From: Macrostomum hystrix
Lineage: Eukaryota; Animalia; Platyhelminthes
Direction: 5' to 3'
Length of the DNA: 64,000 nucleotides
Assembly: GCA_950097015.1 (NCBI GenBank)
Contig: CATNEN010000001.1
Location: forward strand, 16,306,001-16,370,000
Shown: positions 12,111 to 24,732 of the stretch, one piece after another
Layout: the number at the start of each line of letters is the position of its first letter
Position numbering within the stretch: the stretch's first letter is position 1
The notes under the pieces: model-generated
What the model was told of the DNA's origin: nothing
The model's database searches: none
What the model saw: only the letters and a program-made list of their open reading frames with translations
Made by a program: the position numbers and the translations under genes

Positions 12111-12741
12111 GTCACAAAGCGATAATTTTTTTAATTTCTGTATTTTACAATGCTTTCAACTTTTCAACAACTGGAAAAAACGAAGACATGATAACAACAG
12201 CCATACTAACTATGATCAGCTCTACTACAAGTAGTGCTAACAGCGAATTTTAATAATATATCTAGTCTCGCGCTTTTTAATTGATTAAATTTCAAATAAA
12301 ATGCTACATTTCACAACAAAAAAGACTAATGAAGGCAGCACTAAAACTCTGACAGACAAAAGCGCGCAAAGGATTTTAGCATCGATCCGATTGAAAGCGC
12401 TTGCTTAATCGGTGAATAAGATTGAATTGAAAGTTGCATACTCAATGCTGCTGCTGATTCAGTTACGGCAAAATAATTGATCTACCAAAAGTTGAACAAC
12501 AAACTACAAAACTACAAAATATGCCAATCAATTGACTAATTATTAATGAGCATTTGCGCAACATACAGCTGACAATACACAGCAGGGTGACTTAAGAGCT
12601 ATGATTAAAATGCTCTTTCTGAATAGCATTATTGTGAGCATAGTCATCGGGTTCTAATTTGAGTAGGCGGACTTGAACTTGACTCGATTTCACATTGAAT
12701 TGGAAGACTGCGAAAATTGGACACCAGAACCTAAGGATGTG

Positions 12742-13043
12742 GGAGCCAATCAGTCCTATCACCTGAGGATCAGGGAACCAATCAGTCCTATCACCTGAGG
12801 ATCAGGGAACCAATCAGTCCTATCACCAGAGGAACAGGGAACCAATCAGTCCTATCACCTGAGGAACAGGGAACCAATCAGTCCTATCACCTGAGGATCA
12901 GGGAACCAATCAGTCCTATCACCTGAGGAACAGGGAACCAATCAGTCCTATCACCTGAGGATCAGGGAACCAATCAGTCCTATCACCTGAGGATCAGGGA
13001 ACCAATCAGTCCTATCACCTGAGGATCAGGGAACCAATCAGTC
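12742..13043 (-). repeat. 32-bp minisatellite (~9 copies) starting ~12 nt after the DNAJC11 stop codon
   Basis: Sense unit GACTGATTGGTTCCCTGATCCTCAG|GTGATAG. Confidence 0.95.
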
Positions 13044-13055
13044 TAAACCCACAAG

Positions 13056-16000
13056 TCACACAGCATGCCGTCTCTGAGGCAGTCTCACAGCATCGGTGTC
13101 ACTGAGCAGCACGGAATGTGGCGCGCCATTGAAGGTGTATCGAATGAGCAGGTGCCGGCTGGAGTTGGCGGGAATCGCCGCGGGCGGATTCGGATCATAG
13201 AATCCGGGCAAGTCGGCTTTAGTCAGCGAGGCTGGCAATTCAAGACGAGAATTATCAACTAGAATCTGCAGGCAGTCGGTCACGTCAACAACTGACGCCT
13301 CGGACTGCGCCGCCGAAGCTTCTTCTTCAATGCCGGCGGTGTCACCGGAGGCCAGGTAACCGTAGACAGCCCTGTCAATCACCAGGCCGCCTTTGCTGCG
13401 CTCCGAATCACGAGAGTTCAACGCAGACTCGCGCATCAGAGCCTGGGCTGACAGCGCCTCCGCCCTGCGTGCTGCCCTGCCTGCCAGCTCCGAGTCCGAC
13501 TGCTGACTGCGGGACTCGCGCTGCGGGATCAGTGTGTCAGGTGACTGGGTCAGGGGGATGGTGTGTCAGGTGACTGGGTCAGGGGGATGGTGTGTCAGGT
13601 GACTGGGTCAGGGGGATGGTGTGTCAGGTGACTGGGTCAGGGGGATAGTGTGTCAGGTGACAGGGTCAGGGGGATAGTGTGTCAGGTGACAGGGTCAGGG
13701 GGATGGTGTGTCAGGTGACTGGGTCAGGGGGATGGTGTGTCAGGTGACTGGGTCAGGGGGATGGTGTGTCAGGTGACAGGGTCAGGGGGATAGTGTGTCA
13801 GGTGACAGGGTCAGGGGGATGGTGTGTCAGGTGACAGGGTCAGGGGGATGGTGTGTCAGGTGACCAGGCTGCTGACTGAAGCGTCACTGAAGCAGCTCAC
13901 CTGGAACTTGACTAGCCAAGGAGCATAGATGCACTTGTACACAACAACATAGGCCAGCAGGGGCACAGCTGTGCCATAGACAATAGCAGCCGGGTCCAGC
14001 CATTCGGAGAGGGTGATGGGCATTGCGTAGACCTGATTGCCACGGCTGAGGCTGAGCTTGACCTTGACGCCGATGTTAGGCCCGAATCTCACGGACATGC
14101 CGGCCTCGCTGTAGTCCGAGACCCGCTGTGCCAGGTGATAGCGGAGAGTCCAGAGGGTATTCAGTGTCAGATGACAGGATACGCCAAAGCGGAGGTCACC
14201 GATTTCTCGAGAGCAAGAAATCTGAGGATTGGTTCAGTGCCAAACCAACTTTGTTTGCTTTAAAAAAGTACAAGCTAAAAAGACCATAAAAATTAAAACT
14301 ACAAAGAGCTGCTTAGTGACACGTGAAGGTCAAGCTACAAAGAGCTGCTAGTGACACGTGAAGGTCAAACTACAAAGAGCTGCTTAGTGACACGTGAAGG
14401 TCAAGCTACAAAGAGCTGCTAGTGACACGTGAAGGTCAAACTACAAAGAGCTGCTTAGTGACACGTGAAGGTCAAGCTACAAAGAGCTGCTTAGTGTCAC
14501 GTGAAGGTCAAGCTACAAAGCAAAGAGCTGCTAGTGACACGTGAAGGTCAAGCTACAAAGCAAAGAGCTGCTAGTGACACGTGAAGGTCAAGCTACAAAG
14601 CAAAGAGCTGCTAGTGACACGTGAAGGTCAAGCTACAAAGAGCTGCTAGTGACAAAGAGTCGGTAATTCACCTGAGCCCCAGCGTCGCTTGGTCCGAGAA
14701 AGGTGGCAGCTTTGGCGTGCCAGCCGTCGTCCAACTGGCAGAGCAGTTCAGCTCTGGCTCCCTTATTTGGCGAATTCCAGGCGTAGGACAGGGTGCCAAC
14801 ACACCTGGGGCTGATTTGGCAAGATAGCGCAGGTGTCAGGGTGGGCAGCAGTTGGCCACCCTTCATTGAGGTCACATCGGCGCGAACAGAGGCTAGCAGA
14901 TTGGGAGTCAGTCTGTAGGACAGTTTGCCAGCAGCAGTGGGCAGGAAGTTCAGACCGACAGTAACATCCGAGGTCAGGCGATCTGTCAGCTGGGAGCGCA
15001 TTGTTAGCGACACGGTGGGCACGTAGCGACGGCCCAGGTTGCCAAGAGAACCGGCTAGTACCAGGCGGTGCTTGGGTGTCAACTGGATTAGAGTGTACGG
15101 AGTGGCTTGAGTTAGCAGACTTGGCCTAGAGCAGAACGATGAGTCAAGGATGGTCGGTGGGTCAGGAATGGTGAATGGGTCAGGATTGGTGAATGGGTCA
15201 GGAATGGGTCAGGATTGGTGAATGGGTCAGGATTGGTGAATGGGTCAGGATTGGTGAATGGGTCAGGATTGGTGAATGGGTCAGGAATGGTGAATGGGTC
15301 AGGAATGGTGAATGGGTCAGGAATGGTGAATGGGTCAGGAATGGTGAATGGGTCAGGAATGGTGAATGGGTCAGGATTGGTGAATGGGACGGGATTGGTG
15401 AATGGGACTGGATTGGTGAATGGGACTGGATTGGTGAATGGGTCTGGATTGTTGAATGGTTCAGGATTGGTGACTAGGTTTAGATTGGTGAATGGGTCAT
15501 GAATCAATGCATTTGAAAGACCTGTAAACACCCAGACAAACACTCACAATAAAGCTAGTATTCTGCGAAAACGACAAGCTATCCAAATAGAGGCTCTTAG
15601 ACTCATTGTCATCCTGCGGGCTAAATATGGACGCGCAGTTCAACCCCACAGTCAGTCTGGTGGCAGGCTGGGTGAGCTTCATCACGGCGGCCTCCTCCCT
15701 GAGGCGGCGCAGTTGCGCCAGTTCCTCGCGAATCTCAGCAACGCCTCGGCCGCGCAAAGCGACCGCTCCGTCGTTGAGAGCGCGCAGGCCTTCCAAACCG
15801 AAGTCGTCGTAGACGCGCCTGGACTCCGGATCGCGCAGGATGTCGTAGGCTCGACGAATTCGCTGGTAGGCCACGTCGCTGCCAGCCGCTGACTGATTGC
15901 CGCCGTTGGTGGTCGACGATGATGAAGCAATGCGCTTGTCCGGGTGAACCACGCGAGATAGGCGCCTGCGGGGAGGCGGCGAATTCGGAATCAGTGTGGG

Positions 16001-16347
16001 ATTAGAGATGGGATCAGAATGTGATTAGGGATGGGATCATTGTGGGATTAGGGATGGGATCATTGTGGGATTAGGGATGGGATCAGCGTGGGATTAGGGA
16101 TGGGATCAGCGTGGGATAGGGGATGGGATCAGTGTGGGATTAGGGATGGGATCAGTGTGGCATAGTAGACGGGATCAGTGTGGGATTAGGGATAGGATCA
16201 GTGTTGGATAATTTGGGATGTGTGGCAGTCGCACCTGTAGGCTGTGGCAATCTCAGCTTGCGAGGCGTCCCTAGAGATGCCCAGGCAGGCGTAGAGATCC
16301 GCGTCATCCAGGTCAGCGTCGGCCACTGAATGCGGCACCTCGGCCAT
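13056..16347 (-). CDS. DNAJC11: DnaJ homolog subfamily C member 11 (mitochondrial outer membrane co-chaperone), 5 exons
   Basis: Exons 16347-16235, 15965-15548, 15082-14672, 14221-13901 and 13520-13056 join in frame. J-domain (DLYACLG...HPDK...AYDILRDP) and C-terminal DUF3395-type motifs GLVIDRAVYG, VVDVTDCLQILV, LPGFYDP. Confidence 0.93.
13532..13865. repeat. 29-bp minisatellite (~11 copies) in DNAJC11 intron 4
   Basis: Unit GTGTGTCAGGTGACWGGGTCAGGGGGATR. Confidence 0.95.
14298..14653. repeat. 35-40-bp minisatellite (~9 copies) in DNAJC11 intron 3
   Basis: Unit CTACAAAGAGCTGC(T)TAGTGACACGTGAAGGTCAAG. Confidence 0.95.
15158..15499. repeat. 18-bp minisatellite (~18 copies) in DNAJC11 intron 2
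   Basis: Unit GGTCAGGAWTGGTGAATG. Confidence 0.95.
15988..16218. repeat. 23-bp minisatellite (~9 copies) in DNAJC11 intron 1
   Basis: Unit GGGATCAGTGTGGGATTAGGGAT. Confidence 0.9.
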
Positions 16348-16544
16348 GCTTTGCTAGGAGTTCGGCTAGGATGATTGAGCAATCAAGCAATCGCTACTCA
16401 ATATCACGACTTCCGGTTTGGCTTTTAGCGACGCAAATTTACAGCGGGCTTTAGGCTGTCTGGAAGGCGATCAGTGATTTAAATACTGACGGCTTCTTTT
16501 CACCTTTAAATATTTCCTTTTTTGTTCCCTACACTCTTATCTAC

Positions 16545-16945
16545 ACCTTTTATCCCTTCAACACACTCTCTTTCCCTACATCTCTCATCCCTTCCCTACA
16601 TCTCTCATCCCTTCCCTACATCTCTGATCCGTTCCCTACATCTCTTATCCTTTCCCTACAACTCCCATCCCTTCCCTACATCTTTGATCCGTTCCCCACA
16701 ACTCTAATCCCTTCCCTACATCTCTAATCCCTTCCCTACATCTCTAATCCCTTCCCTACAACTCTCATCCCTTACCTACATCTCTTATCCTTTCCCTACA
16801 TCTCTCATCCGTTCCCTACATCTTTATTATCGTCCCTACATCTCTCATCCATTTCCCTACATCTTTATTATCGTCCCTACATCTCTCATCCATTTCCCTA
16901 CATCTTTATTATTGTACCTACAACTCTCACCCGTTCCCTGCATTT
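16545..16945. repeat. Degenerate ~20-bp minisatellite upstream of DNAJC11
   Basis: Unit approximately CTTCCCTACATCTCTCATCC. Confidence 0.85.
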
Positions 16946-17771
16946 CCCATTCCTTCTCTATATCTCTTATCTCGTCCCTGCGTCCGTCTCACACCTCCAT
17001 AATTCTCTATCACAATCCCTAATTTCATCACAATTTCTCTGCTGACTCACTGATCTTACCGATCTGCAAGAGGGAACAATAGAAAAAACAGGAGAGCAGA
17101 TTTTCAAGTTTAAATGGAAAAATACAGCAAAAACTACGCGAGCAGCATTGTGCAATTTAGTAAATTGGAAATGTATATTTTATATAAGTAAGCAAATTCT
17201 AATTATAGCCTGAAAATTCGCGAAATTCATTTGTAAATTTTTCTATTCGCGAAGGAAGTTTTTACTGCTGTTTGGCTAATTCACAAACATTAAAATGTCA
17301 CGAAATTGTAAGTTAAATTAAAAAATTTGGTCAATGACAAACAGACAGTGAAAAAACTGTGATTAAAAGTTTAACAGTTTGTGAAGCACAAGTGGAGTGA
17401 CAAATAGACCAATTGCAGATGATTGTGTGGAACAATACAAAAATAGAGTTGGATTTTATGCCTTATTAGTTCAACATCAGACAAGTGACAGAGTAAAACT
17501 AAATCAGTAGGAAATTAAAACAAAAATTTAGATTACTTGAATTCGCAAGCTAAATTGATAAAATGTGTCCGAAAGTTTGCTTTTTGACATCACACGGGCT
17601 TTGAACTTACGAATCCAAAATACCTACAGATCCAACTGTGGGAAACCTACAGTTATAGAGCACCATTGAACATTTATGATTAAACACTGCCTTCTAATTA
17701 TTGGCATAAAGTATTTCTAATCGTTAATCAGCAGCATTCCCTCCCGGCAATTCTATACTGTACTATTTTAT

Positions 17772-18914
17772 ACTCTCCCTACATCTGCCACTCTCCCTAC
17801 ATCTGCCACTCTCCCTACATCTGCCACTCTCCCTACATCTGCCACTCTCCCTACATCTGCCACTCTCCCTACATCATCCACTCTCCCTACATCTGCCACT
17901 CTCCCTACATCTGCCACTCTCCCTACATCTGCCAGTCTCCCTACATCATCCACTCTCCCTACATCTGCCACTCTCCCTTCATCTGCCACTCTCCCTACAT
18001 CTGCCAGTCTCCCTACATCATCCACTCTCCCTACATCTGCCACTCTCCCTACATCATCCACTCTCCCTACATCTGCCACTCTCCCTACATCTGCCAGTCT
18101 CCCTACATCTGCCACTCTCCCTACATCATCCACTCTCCCTACATCTGCCACTCTCCCTTCATCTGCCACTCTCCCTACATCTGCCAGTCTCCCTACATCT
18201 GCCACTCTCCCTTCATCTGCTACTCTCCCTACATCTGCCAGTCTCCCTACATCTGCCACTCTCCCTTCATCTGCCACTCTCCCTACATCTGCCAGTCTCC
18301 CTACATCTGCCACTCTCCCTTCATCTGCCACTCTCCCTACATCTGCCAATCTCCCTACATCTGCCAGTCTCCCTACATCTGCCAGTCTCCCTACATCTGC
18401 CAGTCTCCCTACATCTGCCACTATCCCTACATCATCCACTCTCCCTACATCTGCCACTCTCCCTACATCTGCCACTCTGCCTACATCTGCCAGTCTCCCT
18501 ACATCTGCCACTATCCCTACATCATCCACTCTCCCTACATCATCCACTCTCCCTACATCTGCCACTCTCCCTACATCTGCCACTCTCCCTACATCTGCCA
18601 CTCTCCCTACATCTGCCACTCTCCCTACATCTGCCAATCTCCCTACATCTGCCAGTCTCCCTACATCTGCCAGTCTCCCTACATCTGCCAGTCTCCCTAC
18701 ATCTGCCACTATCCCTACATCATCCACTCTCCCTACATCTGCCACTCTCCCTACATCTGCCACTCTGCCTACATCTGCCAGTCTCCCTACATCTGCCACT
18801 ATCCCTACATCATCCACTCTCCCTACATCATCCACTCTCCCTACATCTGCCACTCTCCCTACATCATCCACTCTCCCTACATCATCCACTCTCCCTACAT
18901 CTGCTACTCTCCCT
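17772..18914. repeat. 18-bp minisatellite (~63 copies) downstream of G-alpha-i
   Basis: Unit CTCTCCCTACATCTGCCA with variants. Confidence 0.97.
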
Positions 18915-19064
18915 GCAAATACCCTCGCGCAGCAATGGCTAATTAAGTTTTGAAACTGTCAGCCCAAATGTTAGATATGGATAAACAAATTTATAGAAAA
19001 ACTCCATCCAGAATTAGAGTTGCGGTGCCGTCAGCGGGCATTCAGCAGCAACCAGCAGTTATCC

Positions 19065-22000
19065 TCAGGCAAGCCCGCAGTCGCGCAGGTTGTTCTTAAT
19101 GATGACGTCAGTTACAGCGTCGAATACGAATTGCACATTGCTGGTGTCAGTGGCACAGGTGAAGTGAGTATAGATGTCCCGCTTGTCTCGCCTCTTGTTC
19201 AGCATCTCGAAGCGGTGCTGGACGTACTCACCGGCCGCCCTGTACTCGTTGGGACCTAACCAGTCGCGGCGAAAGAGGCGGGGAAAACAAGACTGATTAC
19301 GGCTAGTGTACATGGGGTCATTGCAGTTCTATGGGATTATCGCAAGGCTACGGGATTATCGCAAGGGTTTGGGATTATCGAAAGGGTTTGGGATTATCGC
19401 AATTATATGGGATTATCCCAAGGATTTGGGTTTATTCCAAGGATATGGGATTTTCGCAAGAATATGGGATTATTCCAATGACATGGGATTACCGCAAGTA
19501 TATGGGATTAATCCAAGGATATGGGATCATCGCAAGTATATGGGATTATTCCAAGGATATGCGATTTTCGCAAGGATATGGGATTAATCCAAGGATATGG
19601 GATTATCGCAAGTATATGGGATTATCGCAAGTATATGGGATTATTCCAAGGATATGCGATTTTCGCAAGGATATGGGATTAATCCAAGGATATGGGATTA
19701 TCGCAAGTATATGGGATTATCGCAAGTATATGGGATTATTCCAAGGATATGGGATTTTCGCAAGTATATGGGATTGTCGCAAGTATATGGGATTATCGCA
19801 AGGATATGGGATTATTCCAAGGATATGGGATTTTCGCAAGGATATGGGATTATCGCAAAGATATGGGATTATCGCAAGGATATGGGATTATCGCAAGGAT
19901 ATGGGATTGATTGGGATTATTGAAACGATTATGGTTGTCGAAAAGAAACTGGATTATGTGACAGTTGCTGGAGTATGAATAATCTTATAAGAAAGATTCA
20001 ATTTGGATTTGGGTAAAATCAATTTCAATGAACTAACTCACCCGTGTACTCAGGAAAGCAGACCCTCAGCGGTGAGTAGCGAATCTTCTGTTGAAACAGG
20101 TCAGTCTTGTTCAGGAACAGAATGATGGCCGTATTGACAAACCATTGGTTATTGCAGATGCTATCGAATAGTTTCAAAGACTCCGTCATGCGATTCAGCT
20201 CCTGATCTTCAAACAGGGTCAGGTCGTACTCAGACAGGGCCACGGTGAAGATCACAGCCGTGACGCCTTCGAAGCAGTGGATCCATTTCTTGCGCTCAGA
20301 GCGTTGGCCGCCAACGTCGAACATGCGAAAGTGCAGGCCCTTGTAGTGAAACTGGGTCTCGATGATGCCAGTGGTCTTAACCCGGGTCCGGAGTACGTCC
20401 TGCACGTTTGGCACATAGCTGGACTGGCTGAGTCGGTCCAGACTGTTCAGGTAGTACTCGGCGCTGTCATTCAGCTGGTATTCGCGACTGCGCCTAAAGC
20501 ATTCCTGCATTGAGGTGAGCACAAGTCATCGATGCTTAAAATGGTCATACAGTCATTTAGGCATGTTGGCTTAAATTGGTCATACAGTGATTTAGGCATG
20601 TTGACTTTAATGGTCATACAGTCATTTAGGCATGTTGGCTTAAATGGTCATACAGTCATTTGGGCATGTTGACTTTAAATGGTCATACAGTCATTTAGGC
20701 ATGTTGACTTTAAATGGTCATACAGTCATTTAGGCATGTTGACTTTAAATGGTCATACAGTCATTTAGGCATGTTGACTTTAAATGGTCATACAGTGATT
20801 TAGGCATGTTGACTTTAAATGGTCATACAGTGATTTAGGCATATTGACTTTAAATGGTCATACAGAGATTTAGGCATGTTGACTTTAAATGGTCATACAG
20901 TCATTTAGGCATGTCGGCTTTAAATGGTCATACAAGAAATAGGTGACAATCGATCTAAACGGTCATACAGGGAATTGGTCATACAATTAATCTAAACGAT
21001 CATACAGGGAACGGATCATATAATTATAGATTTGAAGGGTCATACAGGGAACTGGTCATATAATAGATCTGAAGGGTCATACAGGGAACTGATCATATAA
21101 TAGATCTAAACGGTCATACAGGGAACTGATCATATAATAGATCTAAACGGTCCTACAGGGAACTGATCATATGATAGATCTAAACGGTCATACAGGGAAC
21201 TGATCATATGATAGATCTAAACGGTCATACAGGGAACTGATCATATGATAGATCTAAACGGTCATACAGGAAACTGATCATATGATAGATCTAAACGGTC
21301 ATACAGGGAACTGATCATATGATAGATCTAAACGGTCATACAGGGAACTGATCATATGATAGATCTAAACGGTCATACAGGGAACTGATCATATGATAGA
21401 TCTAAACGGTCATACAGGAAACTGATCATATGATAGATCTAAACGGTCATACAGGGAACTGATCATATGATAGATCTAAACGGTCATACAGGGAACTGAT
21501 CATATGATAGATCTAAACGGTCATACAGGGAACTGATCATATTATAGATTTGAAGGGTCATACAGGGAACTGATCATATTATAGATTTGAAGGGTCATAC
21601 AGGGAACTGATCATATTATAGATTTGAAGGATCATACAGGGAACTGGTCATATAATAGATCTGAAGGGTCATACAGGGAACTGGTCATATAATAGATCTG
21701 AAGGGTCATACAAGGAACTGATCATATAATAGATCTGAACGGTCATACAGGGAACTGATCATTTAATAGATCTGAAGGGTCATACAGGGAACTGATCATA
21801 TGATAGATCTAAACGGTCATACAGGGAACTGATCATATGATAGATCTAAACGGTCATACAGGGAACTGATCATATGATAGATCTAAACGGTCATACAGGG
21901 AACTGATCATATGATAGATCTAAACGGTCATACAGGGAACTGATCATATTTGAAGGGTCATACAGGGAACTGGTCATATAATAGATCTGAAGGGTCATAC

Positions 22001-24732
22001 AGGGAACTGATCATATAATAGATCTGAAGGGTCATACAGGGAACTGGTCATATGATAGATCTGAAGGGTCATACAGGGAACTGATCATATGATAGATCTA
22101 AACGGTCATACAGGGAACTGATCATATTTGAAGGGTCATACAGGGAACTGGTCATATAATAGATCTGAAGGGTCATACAGGGAACTGATCATATAATAGA
22201 TCTGAAGGGTCATACAGGGAACTGGTCATATGATAGATCTGAAGGGTCATACAGGGAACTGATCATATAATAGATCTGAAGGGTCATACAGGGAACTGGT
22301 CATATAATAGATCTGAAGGGTCATACAGGGAACTGATCATATAATAGATCTGAAGGGTCATACAGCGAACTGGTCATATTTGAAGGGTCATACAGGGAAC
22401 TGGTCATATTTGAAGGGTCATACAGGGAACTGGTCACAGTTGTACAGGCTAAAATGCACACAAATGGCCAACCTGCACTCCAGGATCGGACCAAAGGCGT
22501 CGCATAGCAAAGGACAGTGCAGGCGGCATGTGATCTTCGTCTGCTGCCCCGCTGAGAGCGAACAGTTCTCGGGCATCGTCTAGCGACGCGGCGGAGCCAA
22601 AATCGATGCCCAGATGGCCCATGGCTCTAACGATAGCCAATAGGGACTGAACTGTGTTGCTAAACACCACTGGCCGATATTGCAGCCGTTCTTCATCTGA
22701 ATAGCCGTTCTCGTGAATGATTCTGGACAGACAAGAATTTATTTTAAATCCATGAATTCATTTAAAAATATTTTTACACAGAAATAAATGAAAACTTACT
22801 TCATCTGCTTCACTAGTGTGCTCTTGCCAGACTCACCAGCACCTAAAAACCAATATGATTAATTCATTTAGAGCTTCATTAGACAAAGCCAATTGTTTAT
22901 AAGAAATTTAACTTACACAAATATATTAAATGATAAACAAAGGTAAATGATGATTGTATTTATGAAAACAATACTAAAAACAGAACCTTCGGAGCAATAA
23001 TCTGGTTGTTGCTATAATTTGTGATCATTATCATGGTATCTGATTCCCATATATTGGGGGTACACAAGTAACCCATAGGCCTAGTCTAAAAATTAGGATT
23101 TATCTTTAATAGGTCCTTATCATGTGTATATTGATGTTCAAATGGATTATTCACACAAAACCCCTCACTTCCCACATTCCACTTAGTGTGCTATTTTATG
23201 CATTGGGATGCACAAATGCCATTGGGCTCATCCTTGATTCTATTGATGCTTAATAATATTTATTGTTAATATTTAACATCTATTAAATATCTAACATCTA
23301 ACATCTAAATTTTTAAATGTGAATAGTCGTCCCGTGATGAAAAAACTATTAAACACTAATAGAAAGTAGTTTTACACAGAACAAAATGTTTTTTTATCCT
23401 AGCAACCTTAAAAACCCAAAGACATTTATTAAGAAACTAACAAAACTATAAACATTTTATAGGATTCAAGTTTAAGAAGCCCCATTTTGCTTTATTTATA
23501 TTTGTTTTGCTTATGTCTGTAAGCATGTCAATTCTGTTATAAACATATTTACTATGCCAAACATGTATAAAAATTTTTATATGATCTAATAAATGTAGTT
23601 TGCTAGAACGGGTTATTTTTTTTGTTAACTAGATATTTAACAAATGCTGGAAGGCCTTGATCTAAGAAAATACAATAGAGAAACAATTGACATAATTGGT
23701 TTATAAAAATGATTAGGTCTATGTAAGCCTATGGCTATAATATTAATAGTAAGATCTGCTAAATAACATTCTAGAAAGGCTTAGGGGCCTAACCTAGATC
23801 TAGGCCTACAGAGGTGTTTAACCATGTAACCATCTAACCATATCCATGGTTAGACTTGACTGCTAGCTTATTGAGTTTCTAACAAACCCTACACAAGGTT
23901 TTATATACCATAATCTTTTGACTACAAGCTAGGCATAAACAGGGCAATTTGCTTTTCTATTTCTAGAAAAGCTTTCAAACTTGGTGTTTTCTGACTCTGA
24001 CACAACCAGAGTTAAGTCTATTTTCCAAGCTGTATAAGTGATGTTTTGTTTAAGTTGTACAAGCTTTAGATATTGAGTTAAAAATTATTTCATTGTATAG
24101 CTACAATAAAAATATATATGTTCAATGTTAACATACAATATGAATATTGCATAACTGTAAAAAGTAAACATAAACAGTTAGTTCAGTAAATATATTATAT
24201 GTTAAATGCTATACATACCTAAAACTCCAAACTAGGTCATTTCTTTTCATTTCAAACAATTTATAATACTTTTTTGATCATCCGTTATCACTCATAACCA
24301 TCAAAATTGTTAATCCATTATCAAATCATACATAATAATCATCATCATTAATCATAATAATTAAACATTGTATTAGCAATTATACATGATATTTGTTTCA
24401 AATAAGTTTTATTCGTAGAAGAGATACAATCCAGATATTAAACTAAATAGCATATGAAAATGCAATGCCAACAAACTAGCAGAAAGTTATTTCAATATGA
24501 TAATTAATTTTTTGTATGAATATAAAAACAAGTAAAACCTACAATGGCTAGGCCTACTAGGATAGCATTCAGAAAATAATTAGACAATTTTTTACAACAA
24601 AAGGATTAACATACCCAAAAGAAGAAGTTTAACTTCTTTAGATGAATTTTCCTCATCAGCCTTGATTTCTCTATCAATTGCTTTGCTTCTCTCTACTGCA
24701 GCTTTATCAACAGTACTAAAATTACAGCCCAT
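19065..24732 (-). CDS. GNAI: Heterotrimeric G protein alpha subunit, Gi/o class (354 aa, 5 exons)
   Basis: Exons 24732-24615 (118 nt), 22842-22800 (43), 22722-22473 (250), 20504-20042 (463) and 19255-19065 (191) total 1065 nt. MGC N-terminus, [30 protein letters not shown]; C-terminal [10 protein letters not shown] with the -4 Cys. Confidence 0.96.
19331..19925. repeat. ~20-bp minisatellite (~29 copies) in G-alpha-i intron 4
   Basis: Unit GGGATTATCGCAAGKATAT and variants. Confidence 0.93.
20536..20934. repeat. 35-bp minisatellite (~11 copies) in G-alpha-i intron 3
   Basis: Unit TTAAATGGTCATACAGTCATTTAGGCATGTTGACT. Confidence 0.95.
20950..22438. repeat. 37-bp minisatellite (~40 copies) in G-alpha-i intron 3
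   Basis: Unit GATCTAAACGGTCATACAGGGAACTGATCATATGATA. Confidence 0.96.

Noticed and set aside
15083-15127. Alternative DNAJC11 acceptor at 15126-15127
   Set aside because: It adds 43 nt and breaks the frame; the AG before 15082 restores homology.
17768-18889. 373-aa (VADVGR)n ORF
   Set aside because: Artefact of an 18-bp array; no unique coding sequence or proper start.
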